DNA of 64,000 bases. Origin: an uncultured Planctomycetia bacterium. GTDB taxonomy: Bacteria; Omnitrophota; Gorgyraeia; Gorgyraeales; Gorgyraeaceae. The position numbers and the translations under genes are program-made. Of this stretch, positions 17,206-26,419 are shown one piece after another (position 1 is the first letter of the stretch; each line of letters begins with the position of its first letter). Below the pieces are notes generated by a model that worked only from the letters and a program-made list of their open reading frames with translations, was not told the DNA's origin and made no database searches. Location of the stretch: contig CAYPYS010000001.1 in NCBI GenBank assembly GCA_964415355.1, positions 215,399 to 279,398 of the forward strand, read 5' to 3'.

Positions 17206-19974
17206 GAAGACACCGTGATAATAGATACGCAGTATATGCTGCGTATCCAGCGTTGGGTAAAAATCTCCAAAAGGACTCATAACTATACCTGGTATAGAAG
17301 TAGAATCGATGCTGCCCTCTCCAAACTGTATTACCAGCGCCCCATATTCGGTAACATTGTAATCCAGCTCCATAAATACATTGTGATGTTTCTCGTATTT
17401 CAAGTCTCCGCTTGTATTTAATCTATATAAGTTGTACGCCCTTGAAAAGGTATATTTCAGAAACCCTTTCAGCCTGGGATTAAATTTGTATTTAAAGGTC
17501 GTGCTAAATTGGTTCATGTTGTTATCCATGCTTTGCGCAAATTTAAAGTCGTTCTTGGTATAATCAAGATCTATGCCAAGATTTTCTAATGGCTTAAGCG
17601 AAACGCCGAGCCTGTAAATATTAAAACGCTCATATGGCGGAAGGTCAAAAAATCCCTGCGAATACAGAAAAGGTACTTCGCTTCTTATCTGCTGGCCATT
17701 TTCAGCCGCAGTGGAAAAACTGATATTATTCAAAAGCCACCTGGGATAATTATTTGTCGCGAATGTGGAATCATTTGTATTTTCGTATATGCCAAAAACG
17801 CTTATCCAGTCCCATTCCGACGGAGAATATTCTACGCCTAAAGAATATGTGGATACAGACGGGTCTTTCCCGTCCTCGATGGCGGCATTTGACTTGAATT
17901 CCCCTGTATCTGCGTCGTAGATGATAGGATCTATGCCTCCTTTGGTCTTTGGGAGGTCGTGATATATAAATAAAAACTTGGAAGTCCACTCAGGGTTGAT
18001 CTCAAGGGTATTTTCCTCTCTAAAAACGCCCTCGACATATTTATGATCAGAATCCCTCACGTATCTATAGTCGATTAAATTCTTCATCCTGCCATCCAGC
18101 GCATCTTCTTTCTCTAATCTGAAATTAACTGCATCCCTGCCCACATCCACTCCATCGCCTATTCTAAATGGCTCAATATCTTCATATCTTAAAGGATCAG
18201 AACCCCACCTGCTATATTCTATCGGTTCTTTAAAATGAATGTGCCTGCCCCAGTATTGATCGTTCCTTGTCTGCCTATAACTTGCCAGCCCCGGATCAAA
18301 ACCTTTATCCATATGCGTAAAGGCTAATCTCGCGTCGCCCCACGTCGTTCCTCTCTTAACTGCGAGATGGGCCGCGGTTCCGTTTCTCTCTGTCTCGTAA
18401 GTGCTGTCTGATCTATCATCTTCGCTCTTACTCACTGCGATCTCACCGACTATATTAGTGGTTGGATTTAAATCATAACTGGCATCTACGCCAAATACAT
18501 TATTATACGAATCAGCCTTATCGTCTTCGTAACCTATCCTGAACGTGTCTATAAAGCCTAACGTCAACCTATCATTTATAGGTGTCTTTATCCTTATCGC
18601 GCCAGGCACTGCGTTGACACTGTCATATTCCTGCCACAATCCTTTAGGCGTCGCAAAGGTCGTCTGCAGCTCGCTGCCCCCAGCAAACTCAGACGCAAAG
18701 GAAAAGCCTCTCAGGGCTGTAAGCCTTTTTAGTTCCTCGCTCTCTCTTGTAAAAGTTGACAGGTCGCTTGACCATTGTCCTCGAGTAAAAGAAGCTGCGC
18801 TTGAATTTAAATTTCCGGTCTTCCATTCATCAAGCCACGGACTCGGCTCCCAGTAGATGTGATGGTTCGAAAGCCCCAATGGGTCGTCTGAAGAAAGAGC
18901 CTGGTCTTCCAAGCCAAACAGAAACGCCCTGGCTTTATAACTATCGGTATTATAATCAAACCATAGCTCCCTCATTGGCTGAAAACTTGTATCTATATCC
19001 AGCTCGGGTATGCTAAAACTCTCTCCCCATGTATCATTGACCGAAGTAGAAACCACCCTTCCGTCAACAACCTTTAATTCAGGTATATCTATATCATCTC
19101 CATCACTCAATGTTGGTATGGTTTCGTTTATTGTGCTTCTGTTGCCTGACCAGTACTTTAACTCTATCTCGGTCGTGTCTCCAGCGCTGCCGGTTATTGT
19201 AGTCTTTTCTGTTTTTCCTACGAAACTCCAAGGGTCCACTGTGATGTCGGAATGGAAATTCAAACCTTCCTCACTTTTATTTGTATCAAACACGACCTTA
19301 AATCTGTCATACACTCTTTTATCGAATGTATTTGCCTTTGGAAATTGGTGGTCTATTACTCTGAAGTTGCGCTCGACATGGTCTGCATTTGTATCCTTCC
19401 AGATCAAATCATCGCCTGTAACGCCAAAGGCCATCTTGTATTCACCCTTTATCTCGCCGGGCGCGATATTGTCATTGAGCGCGTCGGCTATGGCTTTTAT
19501 TTTATCTTCAGAATAACCTGGCGGATACTGGTATCGCGGCTCTGTCTGTGGTTTTATCTGTGGCTGGTGGGAATATTCATATTCTTCTACAGGCTCATAT
19601 CTTTCCTCTATATGCACCGGTCTGTCAAATTCTGGATTATCGCTATACTCTCCTCTATATATAGGTTGCGGCAACGCCTCTGACTCCCTGCGCAGCTCAT
19701 CGCTTCTCTGGTAAGTATCCAGCATCCCGCGCGCGCGCAGCCTGAGCTCCGCGTTCACAAGATCCAGATACGTCTGCGCGTCAGCGTTCCGCGAGTCGAG
19801 CTCGATCGCGCGCTCGAGGATCACCTTGGCCTCGTGCAGCTTGCCGGCGCGATAGTAGTCCACGCCCCTGCTGGACAAGCCGAAGCTCACGGCAATATCC
19901 TGCTCTTGCGCAAAGCAGGGCGCTGCCGCCACTAATACCAACACTGTCACTATCGCCGCAAATTTCCTCATCAT
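17203..19974 (-). CDS. Putative outer-membrane beta-barrel protein with N-terminal TPR
   Basis: Signal peptide, TPR (GVDYYRAGKLHEAKVILERAIELDSRNADA), alternating beta-strand patterns, terminal Phe (YYHGVF). The track start at 20001 lies inside the repeat. Confidence 0.7.
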   Translation of the reverse strand: MMRKFAAIVTVLVLVAAAPCFAQEQDIAVSFGLSSRGVDYYRAGKLHEAKVILERAIELDSRNADAQTYLDLVNAELRLRARGMLDTYQRSDELRRESEALPQPIYRGEYSDNPEFDRPVHIEERYEPVEEYEYSHQPQIKPQTEPRYQYPPGYSEDKIKAIADALNDNIAPGEIKGEYKMAFGVTGDDLIWKDTNADHVERNFRVIDHQFPKANTFDKRVYDRFKVVFDTNKSEEGLNFHSDITVDPWSFVGKTEKTTITGSAGDTTEIELKYWSGNRSTINETIPTLSDGDDIDIPELKVVDGRVVSTSVNDTWGESFSIPELDIDTSFQPMRELWFDYNTDSYKARAFLFGLEDQALSSDDPLGLSNHHIYWEPSPWLDEWKTGNLNSSAASFTRGQWSSDLSTFTRESEELKRLTALRGFSFASEFAGGSELQTTFATPKGLWQEYDSVNAVPGAIRIKTPINDRLTLGFIDTFRIGYEDDKADSYNNVFGVDASYDLNPTTNIVGEIAVSKSEDDRSDSTYETERNGTAAHLAVKRGTTWGDARLAFTHMDKGFDPGLASYRQTRNDQYWGRHIHFKEPIEYSRWGSDPLRYEDIEPFRIGDGVDVGRDAVNFRLEKEDALDGRMKNLIDYRYVRDSDHKYVEGVFREENTLEINPEWTSKFLFIYHDLPKTKGGIDPIIYDADTGEFKSNAAIEDGKDPSVSTYSLGVEYSPSEWDWISVFGIYENTNDSTFATNNYPRWLLNNISFSTAAENGQQIRSEVPFLYSQGFFDLPPYERFNIYRLGVSLKPLENLGIDLDYTKNDFKFAQSMDNNMNQFSTTFKYKFNPRLKGFLKYTFSRAYNLYRLNTSGDLKYEKHHNVFMELDYNVTEYGALVIQFGEGSIDSTSIPGIVMSPFGDFYPTLDTQHILRIYYHGVF

Positions 19975-19982
19975 CACCCTTG

Positions 19983-20019
19983 TAAGTTTACATTTCAACA
20001 TTGTTGAAATGTAAACTTA
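19983..20019. repeat. 37-bp palindromic element, copy 10 (perfect 18-1-18 palindrome)
   Basis: TAAGTTTACATTTCAACA-T-TGTTGAAATGTAAACTTA. Confidence 0.95.
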
Positions 20020-20060
20020 GCGTCGCCCGCCGCGCTACCTGCGCAGCCGCGCCAAACCTT

Positions 20061-21269
20061 TTATCTCCATAATTCCTTAAGCTTAAAGAACGCCTTCGTG
20101 GGCCTGCGCTCGTCAAACCCTCTCTTACCGCCCCGTTTCACCGCGCACACGCCCCACCACTCTTCATTTATATTAAGATTCTGAGGCGCTTTTATGTCAA
20201 AATAATACGCGCCATTGGACCAGCTAGCAGAAGTATTATGCACGCCCCACATGGCATCGTCTTCTTCATTGAACTTCCACCACTCATCTGTCCATTCGAA
20301 CACAAAACCTCCGAGACAATTTCCAGCCCCGCCCCCGCCATACACATTCTTCTCTATCTCGTTCCACTCCGCCTCTATAAACTCTGCCTGGATCCCCTCG
20401 TCTTCTTCCCTTAAAAATGCGTTATATCTATCGCATCCAAATTCTGTTATGACCACCGGACGACCAAATTTCATTGCCGCCTCTCGGAAAAAATTACCAA
20501 ACGATTTACCTCTATATACAGAGCAACCGAGGATGTCAATGTCAGGAGTCACCTCGCCCGCCACATCTATATCGTTCAGCTCCGCGTTCGCCAGCACCAC
20601 AGGATGCAGGGGATCGATCTTGTGGATCTCAGCCGCCACTTCATTTACAAATGAATAATAGATGCGCGCCCGCGCCTGCCGCTTCAGATATGGATCTTCC
20701 AGGGCCTCTATCTCGTCCGTGGTCCAAAGATTCATTGTTTGCGGGCCATAGGAAAAAGAAAAATTGTTTTCATTCCCGAGGATCCACGCCAAGATACCGC
20801 TCTCATTCTTGTACGTCTCCACCATCGCGAGCGCATCCTTTTTAACCTTTTCCCGGAAGGCTGCATCCGCATAATTCGGGTCATCCCAAAAACCAAGCCA
20901 ATGCCCCATTACGACGCGTATGCCAAATTTATCATGTAGGGTTCTCAGGACCATTTTTGTGTTCTCGACATTCTTGCTAGGCTGATACACCCTGATAGTG
21001 TTCACGCCAATGGATTTCATCATCCTCGCATCGTGAATATACGGCTTTGTCGTATCGCTCCAGAAATCATACAAGTGATTCTCTCCTATCGGCACAGGAT
21101 TATACACCATACCTTTAATAACGTAGGGCCTGTTGCCAACCATCAACTGAAAGCGCTTTCCTTCCAAAGTTTTTACATATACCTTCTCTGGCCCAGTCCT
21201 ACTAAAGATAAAAAATCCCAAAACTGATACTAGAATCAGAAAACTAGCTATAATAATTATTTTTTTCAT
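20061..21269 (-). CDS. Clan GH-A (GH2-like TIM barrel) glycoside hydrolase, membrane-anchored or secreted
   Basis: GVNTIRVY, ILAWILGNE (acid/base), PVVITEFG (nucleophile), FEWTDEWWK. Alternative start GTG 21278. Confidence 0.8.
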   Translation of the reverse strand: MKKIIIIASFLILVSVLGFFIFSRTGPEKVYVKTLEGKRFQLMVGNRPYVIKGMVYNPVPIGENHLYDFWSDTTKPYIHDARMMKSIGVNTIRVYQPSKNVENTKMVLRTLHDKFGIRVVMGHWLGFWDDPNYADAAFREKVKKDALAMVETYKNESGILAWILGNENNFSFSYGPQTMNLWTTDEIEALEDPYLKRQARARIYYSFVNEVAAEIHKIDPLHPVVLANAELNDIDVAGEVTPDIDILGCSVYRGKSFGNFFREAAMKFGRPVVITEFGCDRYNAFLREEDEGIQAEFIEAEWNEIEKNVYGGGGAGNCLGGFVFEWTDEWWKFNEEDDAMWGVHNTSASWSNGAYYFDIKAPQNLNINEEWWGVCAVKRGGKRGFDERRPTKAFFKLKELWR

Positions 21270-21282
21270 CTCTCTCACCCCT

Positions 21283-21319
21283 TAACTTTACACTTCAACA
21301 TTGTTGAAATGTAAAGTTA
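21283..21319. repeat. 37-bp palindromic element, copy 11
   Basis: TAACTTTACACTTCAACATTGTTGAAATGTAAAGTTA, flanked by CCCT/AGGG. Confidence 0.95.
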
Positions 21320-21321
21320 AG

Positions 21322-21357
21322 GGTCTGGGTCTCTGCCGACAGGCAAAGGCCCAGACC
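21322..21357. other. Intergenic 16-bp-stem hairpin
   Basis: GGTCTGGGTCTCTGCC-GACA-GGCAAAGGCCCAGACC; no downstream U-tract on either strand. Confidence 0.5.
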
Positions 21358-21367
21358 AAAAAATATA

Positions 21368-22087
21368 TTACTCGTACCTTATATCATCCAGATAAAAGGT
21401 AACGCCGTTCGGATTAACATCCAAGTTCGTGGACCAAGCAAATCCTCCGCTTATATAGCTCAGGTCTTTGCCTCTTAAATCGATTTCATACTGCTTCCAT
21501 TCCTGCGTGAGCATCACAGGCCCAATGCCTGCAATATCAGAATCAGGGTAGAGTCCGGTCAGGCCTCCGACCTTAAACTCCTCTATCCTCTCGCCCCCAT
21601 TCTCGCCCCTTGCCCAGAATACAAGCTTCGTGGCGCCTGTGAGGTCATAGCCGCCTTCTCTATCTCCCCAATTGTTGGCTGGATTCTGCCAATACATGCC
21701 GACCCACCTTGCGCCCTGACTTGCCAGGTTGCTATAGACTATCTTGATACAAGTCGTGCCGCCATGCGGATCTTCAAAAGAAGACCGCTCAACAGCGATG
21801 TCAGAATGATCCCCCATATATCCTGATGGCACATAATGATTGTCAGGAGACCTGCCATCCGTATAAATAGGGAACGGTTTAAATACGCTCACAACCTCTT
21901 GAACATCTTCATAAACATCCTCATAAGCGTAATAATCATCTTCGTATTCATAAGGATTATCCACTGCTGACTCATAATCCTCTGTTGCAGTATCTGCATA
22001 CTCTCTTTCACTGGAACCACAGCTCGCCAAGCTAAAGAGCATAAGCCCTGCGATCACCAGCAATGTTAAAGTTAAACTTTTTTTCAT
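21368..22087 (-). CDS. Lipoprotein with carbohydrate-binding beta-sandwich domain
   Basis: ATG 22087 with GGAGGAG RBS, lipobox LASC, acidic linker, PSGYMGD...WVGMYWQNPANNW...DLTGATKLVFWARG...WKQYEIDL...FYLDDIRYE. Confidence 0.75.
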   Translation of the reverse strand: MKKSLTLTLLVIAGLMLFSLASCGSSEREYADTATEDYESAVDNPYEYEDDYYAYEDVYEDVQEVVSVFKPFPIYTDGRSPDNHYVPSGYMGDHSDIAVERSSFEDPHGGTTCIKIVYSNLASQGARWVGMYWQNPANNWGDREGGYDLTGATKLVFWARGENGGERIEEFKVGGLTGLYPDSDIAGIGPVMLTQEWKQYEIDLRGKDLSYISGGFAWSTNLDVNPNGVTFYLDDIRYE

Positions 22088-22097
22088 TTTCTCCTCC

Positions 22098-22147
22098 TTG
22101 TGCATTTTTAAATTTTGCATTTTTAAATGTTAATTTTGCAATGTTAA
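22098..22147. repeat. Degenerate heptamer tandem repeat
   Basis: TTGTGCA TTTTTAA ATTTTGCA TTTTTAA ATGTTAA TTTTGCA ATGTTAA. Confidence 0.6.
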
Positions 22148-22170
22148 CCTCTTTACTGCACCTCCTTCCT

Positions 22171-24486
22171 CTACTCCGTCCATAATTCTTGATACATAAA
22201 ATATGATTTTTTCAACTGCCTCAAGAACGGACTGTGACTGCCGTCCCCTTGTCCAGCTATGCCAAGCCACTCTTCATAATTCCATCCGTCTGGAAAAGGA
22301 CCTGCCCAGTTTTTGGTTGCATCGTGCAGTAAAGGCTCGTACGCCTTCCACCACTCATCCAACCATTCAAAGTGAATACCGCCTATAGAATTGCCTATGC
22401 CCCTATGCCCTCCTGAATTATACACTATATCCTTCCAGCTCTCCTTTAGATATTCAGCCTGTCTCTCTTCTGCAACCTCTTTTGACTTACCTGACATGTA
22501 ACTCGGGCACCCATATTCAGTAATAATAACGGGCTTATCGCACGCCTTTTTCGCGTTGTTCCAAAAACTCCTCCCGAAACCATAGCTTCCTCTATATGCA
22601 TTAGCCCCATAGATATCGATGTCCGGAGCAAGCTCGCTAAACTTGTCCAGAAACAATAAATCGCCGCTACAGATCGCAACAGGATGATCCCTGTCAATAG
22701 ACTTTATCATCCTTGCGACTTCATTTGCAAATTTATAATACGCCTCGGGTTTTTTCTTCGCATTGTTCGCGACACCATAATTATTTTCATTTCCAAGCAT
22801 CCAGAACAACACATACGGCTCGTCTTTAAATTGCTCTACCATTGATCTCACGCTCTCTATCATGTTCTTTTTATGTTCCGGGTTTTCATAATCCGTGCCT
22901 TCATACCAATCCGCGCCAGACCCGACAGTGTATGCGCCCAACAGATCTCCCATTATGACCATCATGCCATACCTGTTATACAAGTCTTCCAGGAGTTCCT
23001 TATCCGAAGCATGGTGATATAGCCGCATCGCATTACAGCCCATATCTGCCATCAATTGAAAATCCCCCACTGCTTCCTCGTCCGCGTCCTGCACATTATT
23101 AAAATTCTTATCCACCCAGCTGTCGTAAGGCCCGTCGCTCCTTCCGTTGCCATTGCTATCTGCCTGCATCCAATCCTCTAAAGTGCCTTCGTCCGGGCTC
23201 TGTCCGATTTTACCTGGAGAATAAGCAATGCCTTTTACGATAAATGGTTTTCCTTCCAGCCTTAAGTGCCAGTGCCCGTTATTGTATTGCACGAGATCCA
23301 CCCTGCCGTCGCCAAGCTGCCTCACGACCCTGCCTGTCCTGACCGGTCTATTCTTAAACAAAGCCTTCTTTATATTATCGAAAAAACCCAGCTTCACAAG
23401 GCGGCCGGGGTCTACAAAAAATATATCATTGGAAAGGTCATTGTCAAACCCATTTTCAACAAATATCTCTGCGTCGCGCAACTCCATCTTTAACTCCGGG
23501 TGTTTTTCCAATAAAAAGTCGATCTTGTCTATAGCTACCTGCGCAATATACCAGGGCGTATGAAAATATGTCCAGCCAACTGATTTCGGGAAGTGCACAG
23601 CTATTGCGTAATATGCCTTTATTGCGTGCTCTGTGAGACCTGAACGTTCAAGCGCCATAGCTGCGTAAAAAAGCCTGACTCCCATTGGCTCTGCTGCCTG
23701 CGTCCATTTGTAAAAATTGGACTCAAGATCATCAGTATTCACAAAATCCCAATGATTACCTTCTAACCTGCCTTCCTTGCTCAGCTCTCTATAGCGCGGG
23801 TCCCACACCACCCCGGATGTATTCGGATAAATACCTTCACCTGCGGCCAGCGCCAAGCCTTCCGGGTCCTTTGCCACATACCTATATTTATCAGTGCCTC
23901 TTCCTTTAAAATATCCATATTTATTGTAGTTAACGGGAAACTCTTTGCCTGCATCATAAAGCGTGATCTTTGTCGCAGGCCTGATTATTGCAGGCGGCTT
24001 TTCTGCTTCTTTCTCGTCGCCAGCCTCGGCCTCTGTCTCTATCTTCTCGAGACTCTCCTGGCTCTTTTCCTTTACACTCCAGAACCAGCCGCGCGGATCC
24101 CAGTTCTGCGCGTATCCATACTCTTCTATCGCTGCCACAAACGCCTCTTTCGCCTCCTCTGTCTTCCCCTGCGAGAGAAAGAGCTCGCCTTGAATAAAAT
24201 AACTCGTCCCCACTGCGTTGAGCACTGCGTATTTCTCTATAGCGCCTGTCATCGGCAAGCCAGTCAGGCTCGCCTGCTCTTCTCTTGCCTCACCCGCGTA
24301 GAGCTCGATACATCTACTCGTGTAGTGAAAGGTTTTTTCAAGATCCTTTGCGCCCCAGGCCTCCCACGCGCGCATAAGCAGCTCTTTTGCAGAAAGCGGT
24401 GCAGTCTCTACAACTTCTTCAGCAGCCTGCACTGGAACCGCCATCACCATCACCAAAAATATCACAACTAAATTTATTTTTCTCAT
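22171..24486 (-). CDS. TPR-containing clan GH-A glycoside hydrolase
   Basis: Signal peptide, TPR-like helices, GCNAMRLY, VLFWMLGNE, PVIITEYG, FEWLDEWWK. ATG at 24486 overlaps the repeat end. Confidence 0.8.
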   Translation of the reverse strand: MRKINLVVIFLVMVMAVPVQAAEEVVETAPLSAKELLMRAWEAWGAKDLEKTFHYTSRCIELYAGEAREEQASLTGLPMTGAIEKYAVLNAVGTSYFIQGELFLSQGKTEEAKEAFVAAIEEYGYAQNWDPRGWFWSVKEKSQESLEKIETEAEAGDEKEAEKPPAIIRPATKITLYDAGKEFPVNYNKYGYFKGRGTDKYRYVAKDPEGLALAAGEGIYPNTSGVVWDPRYRELSKEGRLEGNHWDFVNTDDLESNFYKWTQAAEPMGVRLFYAAMALERSGLTEHAIKAYYAIAVHFPKSVGWTYFHTPWYIAQVAIDKIDFLLEKHPELKMELRDAEIFVENGFDNDLSNDIFFVDPGRLVKLGFFDNIKKALFKNRPVRTGRVVRQLGDGRVDLVQYNNGHWHLRLEGKPFIVKGIAYSPGKIGQSPDEGTLEDWMQADSNGNGRSDGPYDSWVDKNFNNVQDADEEAVGDFQLMADMGCNAMRLYHHASDKELLEDLYNRYGMMVIMGDLLGAYTVGSGADWYEGTDYENPEHKKNMIESVRSMVEQFKDEPYVLFWMLGNENNYGVANNAKKKPEAYYKFANEVARMIKSIDRDHPVAICSGDLLFLDKFSELAPDIDIYGANAYRGSYGFGRSFWNNAKKACDKPVIITEYGCPSYMSGKSKEVAEERQAEYLKESWKDIVYNSGGHRGIGNSIGGIHFEWLDEWWKAYEPLLHDATKNWAGPFPDGWNYEEWLGIAGQGDGSHSPFLRQLKKSYFMYQELWTE

Positions 24487-24522
24487 AACTTTACATTTCA
24501 ACAACGTTAAAGTGTAAACTTA
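24486..24522. repeat. 37-bp palindromic element, copy 12 (overlaps the start codon)
   Basis: TAACTTTACATTTCAACAACGTTAAAGTGTAAACTTA. Confidence 0.95.
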
Positions 24523-24526
24523 GCAC

Positions 24527-25375
24527 CTATCCTACAATCGCCCTTGCAGTTATACCTTTAATAATATGCTTCTGCATAAAAAGATATACCAGGATTATCG
24601 GCAACACTGTTATTGTTATGCCTGCCATAAGCAGTGGATACTCTGTTATATGCGTGCCCTGGAATATCATAAGACCTCTCTGTAGCGGCATTAAAGACTT
24701 GGAAGAAAAAATCAATGTCGCTAATATATATTCATTCCACACATTCAGGGAATTAAATATCACTATGACTGCGATCGCTGGCCGCGCGAGAGGCAGCGCC
24801 ACGTTCCACCATATGCCAAGCTTTGAGCATCCGTCGATGCGCGCCGCATCTTCAAGCGCCGCAGGCATCCTATCGAAAAACGTCTTTAAAATATATATAC
24901 TAAAGGAAAGCCCTACATTTATCATGCACAGGATATAACCTATGCGCGTATTCACCAGGTGCAGTTTTGTCATCAACACATACAAAGGCACAAAACTCCC
25001 TGGAAGCGGTATCATCATTGCCCCAAGAAACATGTAAAACAAAACATTTTTCCCGGGAAACTGCAGCCGCGAAAACGCGAACGCGGCCAGCGAAGAAATA
25101 ATCACTATGCCGAAAACAACTGTCACCGTATAGATAACGCTGTTTAAAAAATACATGCCAAAGCCGCCCTTGGTCCATGCATAATAAAAATTACTCCACA
25201 CAGGATTGCGCGGAATTATACTCATGTCTGAAAATATCGACTGCTGAGTCTTGAGCGCAGACCCTACCATCCACAAAAGCGGAAATACGCAGGTCACTGC
25301 CACGCTGATAAGAAATATGTGTATTAGCAGCGTCTTAACGCCTCTCTGCATTTTATATCCCATTGCCTCAGTCAT
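24527..25375 (-). CDS. Carbohydrate ABC transporter permease (MalG-like)
   Basis: YFLNSV, EAA loop ALEDAARIDGCS, WNEYILA. Confidence 0.93.
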   Translation of the reverse strand: MTEAMGYKMQRGVKTLLIHIFLISVAVTCVFPLLWMVGSALKTQQSIFSDMSIIPRNPVWSNFYYAWTKGGFGMYFLNSVIYTVTVVFGIVIISSLAAFAFSRLQFPGKNVLFYMFLGAMMIPLPGSFVPLYVLMTKLHLVNTRIGYILCMINVGLSFSIYILKTFFDRMPAALEDAARIDGCSKLGIWWNVALPLARPAIAVIVIFNSLNVWNEYILATLIFSSKSLMPLQRGLMIFQGTHITEYPLLMAGITITVLPIILVYLFMQKHIIKGITARAIVG

Positions 25376-25383
25376 AAAGTTTT

Positions 25384-25409
25384 TGTCATTCCCGCGAAAG
25401 CGGGAATCC
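25384..25409. repeat. GTCATTCCCGCG..GCGGGAATCC REP-like hairpin
   Basis: TGTCATTCCCGCGAAAGCGGGAATCC, abutting copy 13. Confidence 0.8.
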
Positions 25410-25446
25410 TAACTTTACATTTCAACAACGTTAAAGTGTAAACTTA
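25410..25446. repeat. 37-bp palindromic element, copy 13 (supplies stop codon)
   Basis: Identical to copy 12; TTA 25444-25446 is the stop codon. Confidence 0.95.
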
Positions 25447-26331
25447 GGCCTTGTTCATATGCTTCGATATACGGATCTGGATAAATGACACTGCCAAAAG
25501 TATCGCGCCGAAGATAATGCCCTGGCTGCACGCATATCCAAATCTCGACGAACCCACCATCGAAGACAAAATCCTGGTCACAGGGACCTCTGTATGGTAC
25601 CCTGGCCCTCCTCCTGTCATTGAAAGTATCAATACAAAAACCTGCATCGTGCCGAGCACCGTAAGGATCGACACCAGGACAAACACAGGCACCATAAGAG
25701 GCGCAGTAACCTTTTTAAATATCTGCCATGAGTTTGCTCCGTCCACGCGCGCGGCCTCGTACAGCTGCCTCGGTATAGTCTGAAGTCCTGCCAAAAATAT
25801 AATAAAACCCCAGCCAAATCCTTTCCAGCAATGGATCATTGCCACGCACGTCAGCGCGGTCTTTGGATCCGAAAGCCAGTCCCGCACCAAATGCGACAAT
25901 CCCATCGCATGCAGCCAATGATTCAAAAGTCCGAAATTCCCGTCGTAAATCCAGCGCCACACAAGCCCGACGACCACCGCAGAAAGAACAGGTGGCAGAT
26001 AAAATATCACTCTGTAAACATTCCCGCCTTTTATGTCTCTGTCGCACGCCCACGCCAGCGTCAGCGCCAAGGCGTTCTGAAAAGTAAGCGCGATCAGGGT
26101 AATATACCCTGCCTGGCCCATGGCCTGCCACCAGATTTTATCGTAAAAGAAAAGCTCTTTAAAATTCCTGAAGCCTATGAAATTTTTCGCAAAATCAAAA
26201 CCCATTATCCCGTCCCACTCACAAAGAGAAAGCATGAAGACCTTGTAGAAAGGATAAATATAAAATACTGAGAACATCAATACTGCCGGCAACACAAAAA
26301 AGTAATTTTCAACTGTAGATTTTATCCGCAT
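25444..26331 (-). CDS. Carbohydrate ABC transporter permease (MalF-like)
   Basis: FIGFRNF, YRVIFYLP, LAGLQTIPRQLYEAARVDGA, MTGGGP. Confidence 0.93.
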   Translation of the reverse strand: MRIKSTVENYFFVLPAVLMFSVFYIYPFYKVFMLSLCEWDGIMGFDFAKNFIGFRNFKELFFYDKIWWQAMGQAGYITLIALTFQNALALTLAWACDRDIKGGNVYRVIFYLPPVLSAVVVGLVWRWIYDGNFGLLNHWLHAMGLSHLVRDWLSDPKTALTCVAMIHCWKGFGWGFIIFLAGLQTIPRQLYEAARVDGANSWQIFKKVTAPLMVPVFVLVSILTVLGTMQVFVLILSMTGGGPGYHTEVPVTRILSSMVGSSRFGYACSQGIIFGAILLAVSFIQIRISKHMNKA

Positions 26332-26344
26332 AATTATATCCGCC

Positions 26345-26381
26345 TAAGTTTACACTTTAACGTTGTTGAAATGTAAACTTA
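26345..26381. repeat. 37-bp palindromic element, copy 14
   Basis: TAAGTTTACACTTTAACGTTGTTGAAATGTAAACTTA. Confidence 0.95.
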
Positions 26382-26383
26382 CG

Positions 26384-26418
26384 TGTCATTGCAAGGCACG
26401 AAGCGCCAAAGCAATCTC
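26384..26418. repeat. TGTCATTGC...GCAATCTC REP/RPE-like element, intergenic copy
   Basis: TGTCATTGCAAGGCACGAAGCGCCAAAGCAATCTC; related sequences recur inside the giant gene. Confidence 0.7.
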
Positions 26419-26419
26419 A

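Noticed and set aside
21322-21363. Intrinsic terminator
   Set aside because: The T-run lies before the hairpin on the coding strand, not after it.
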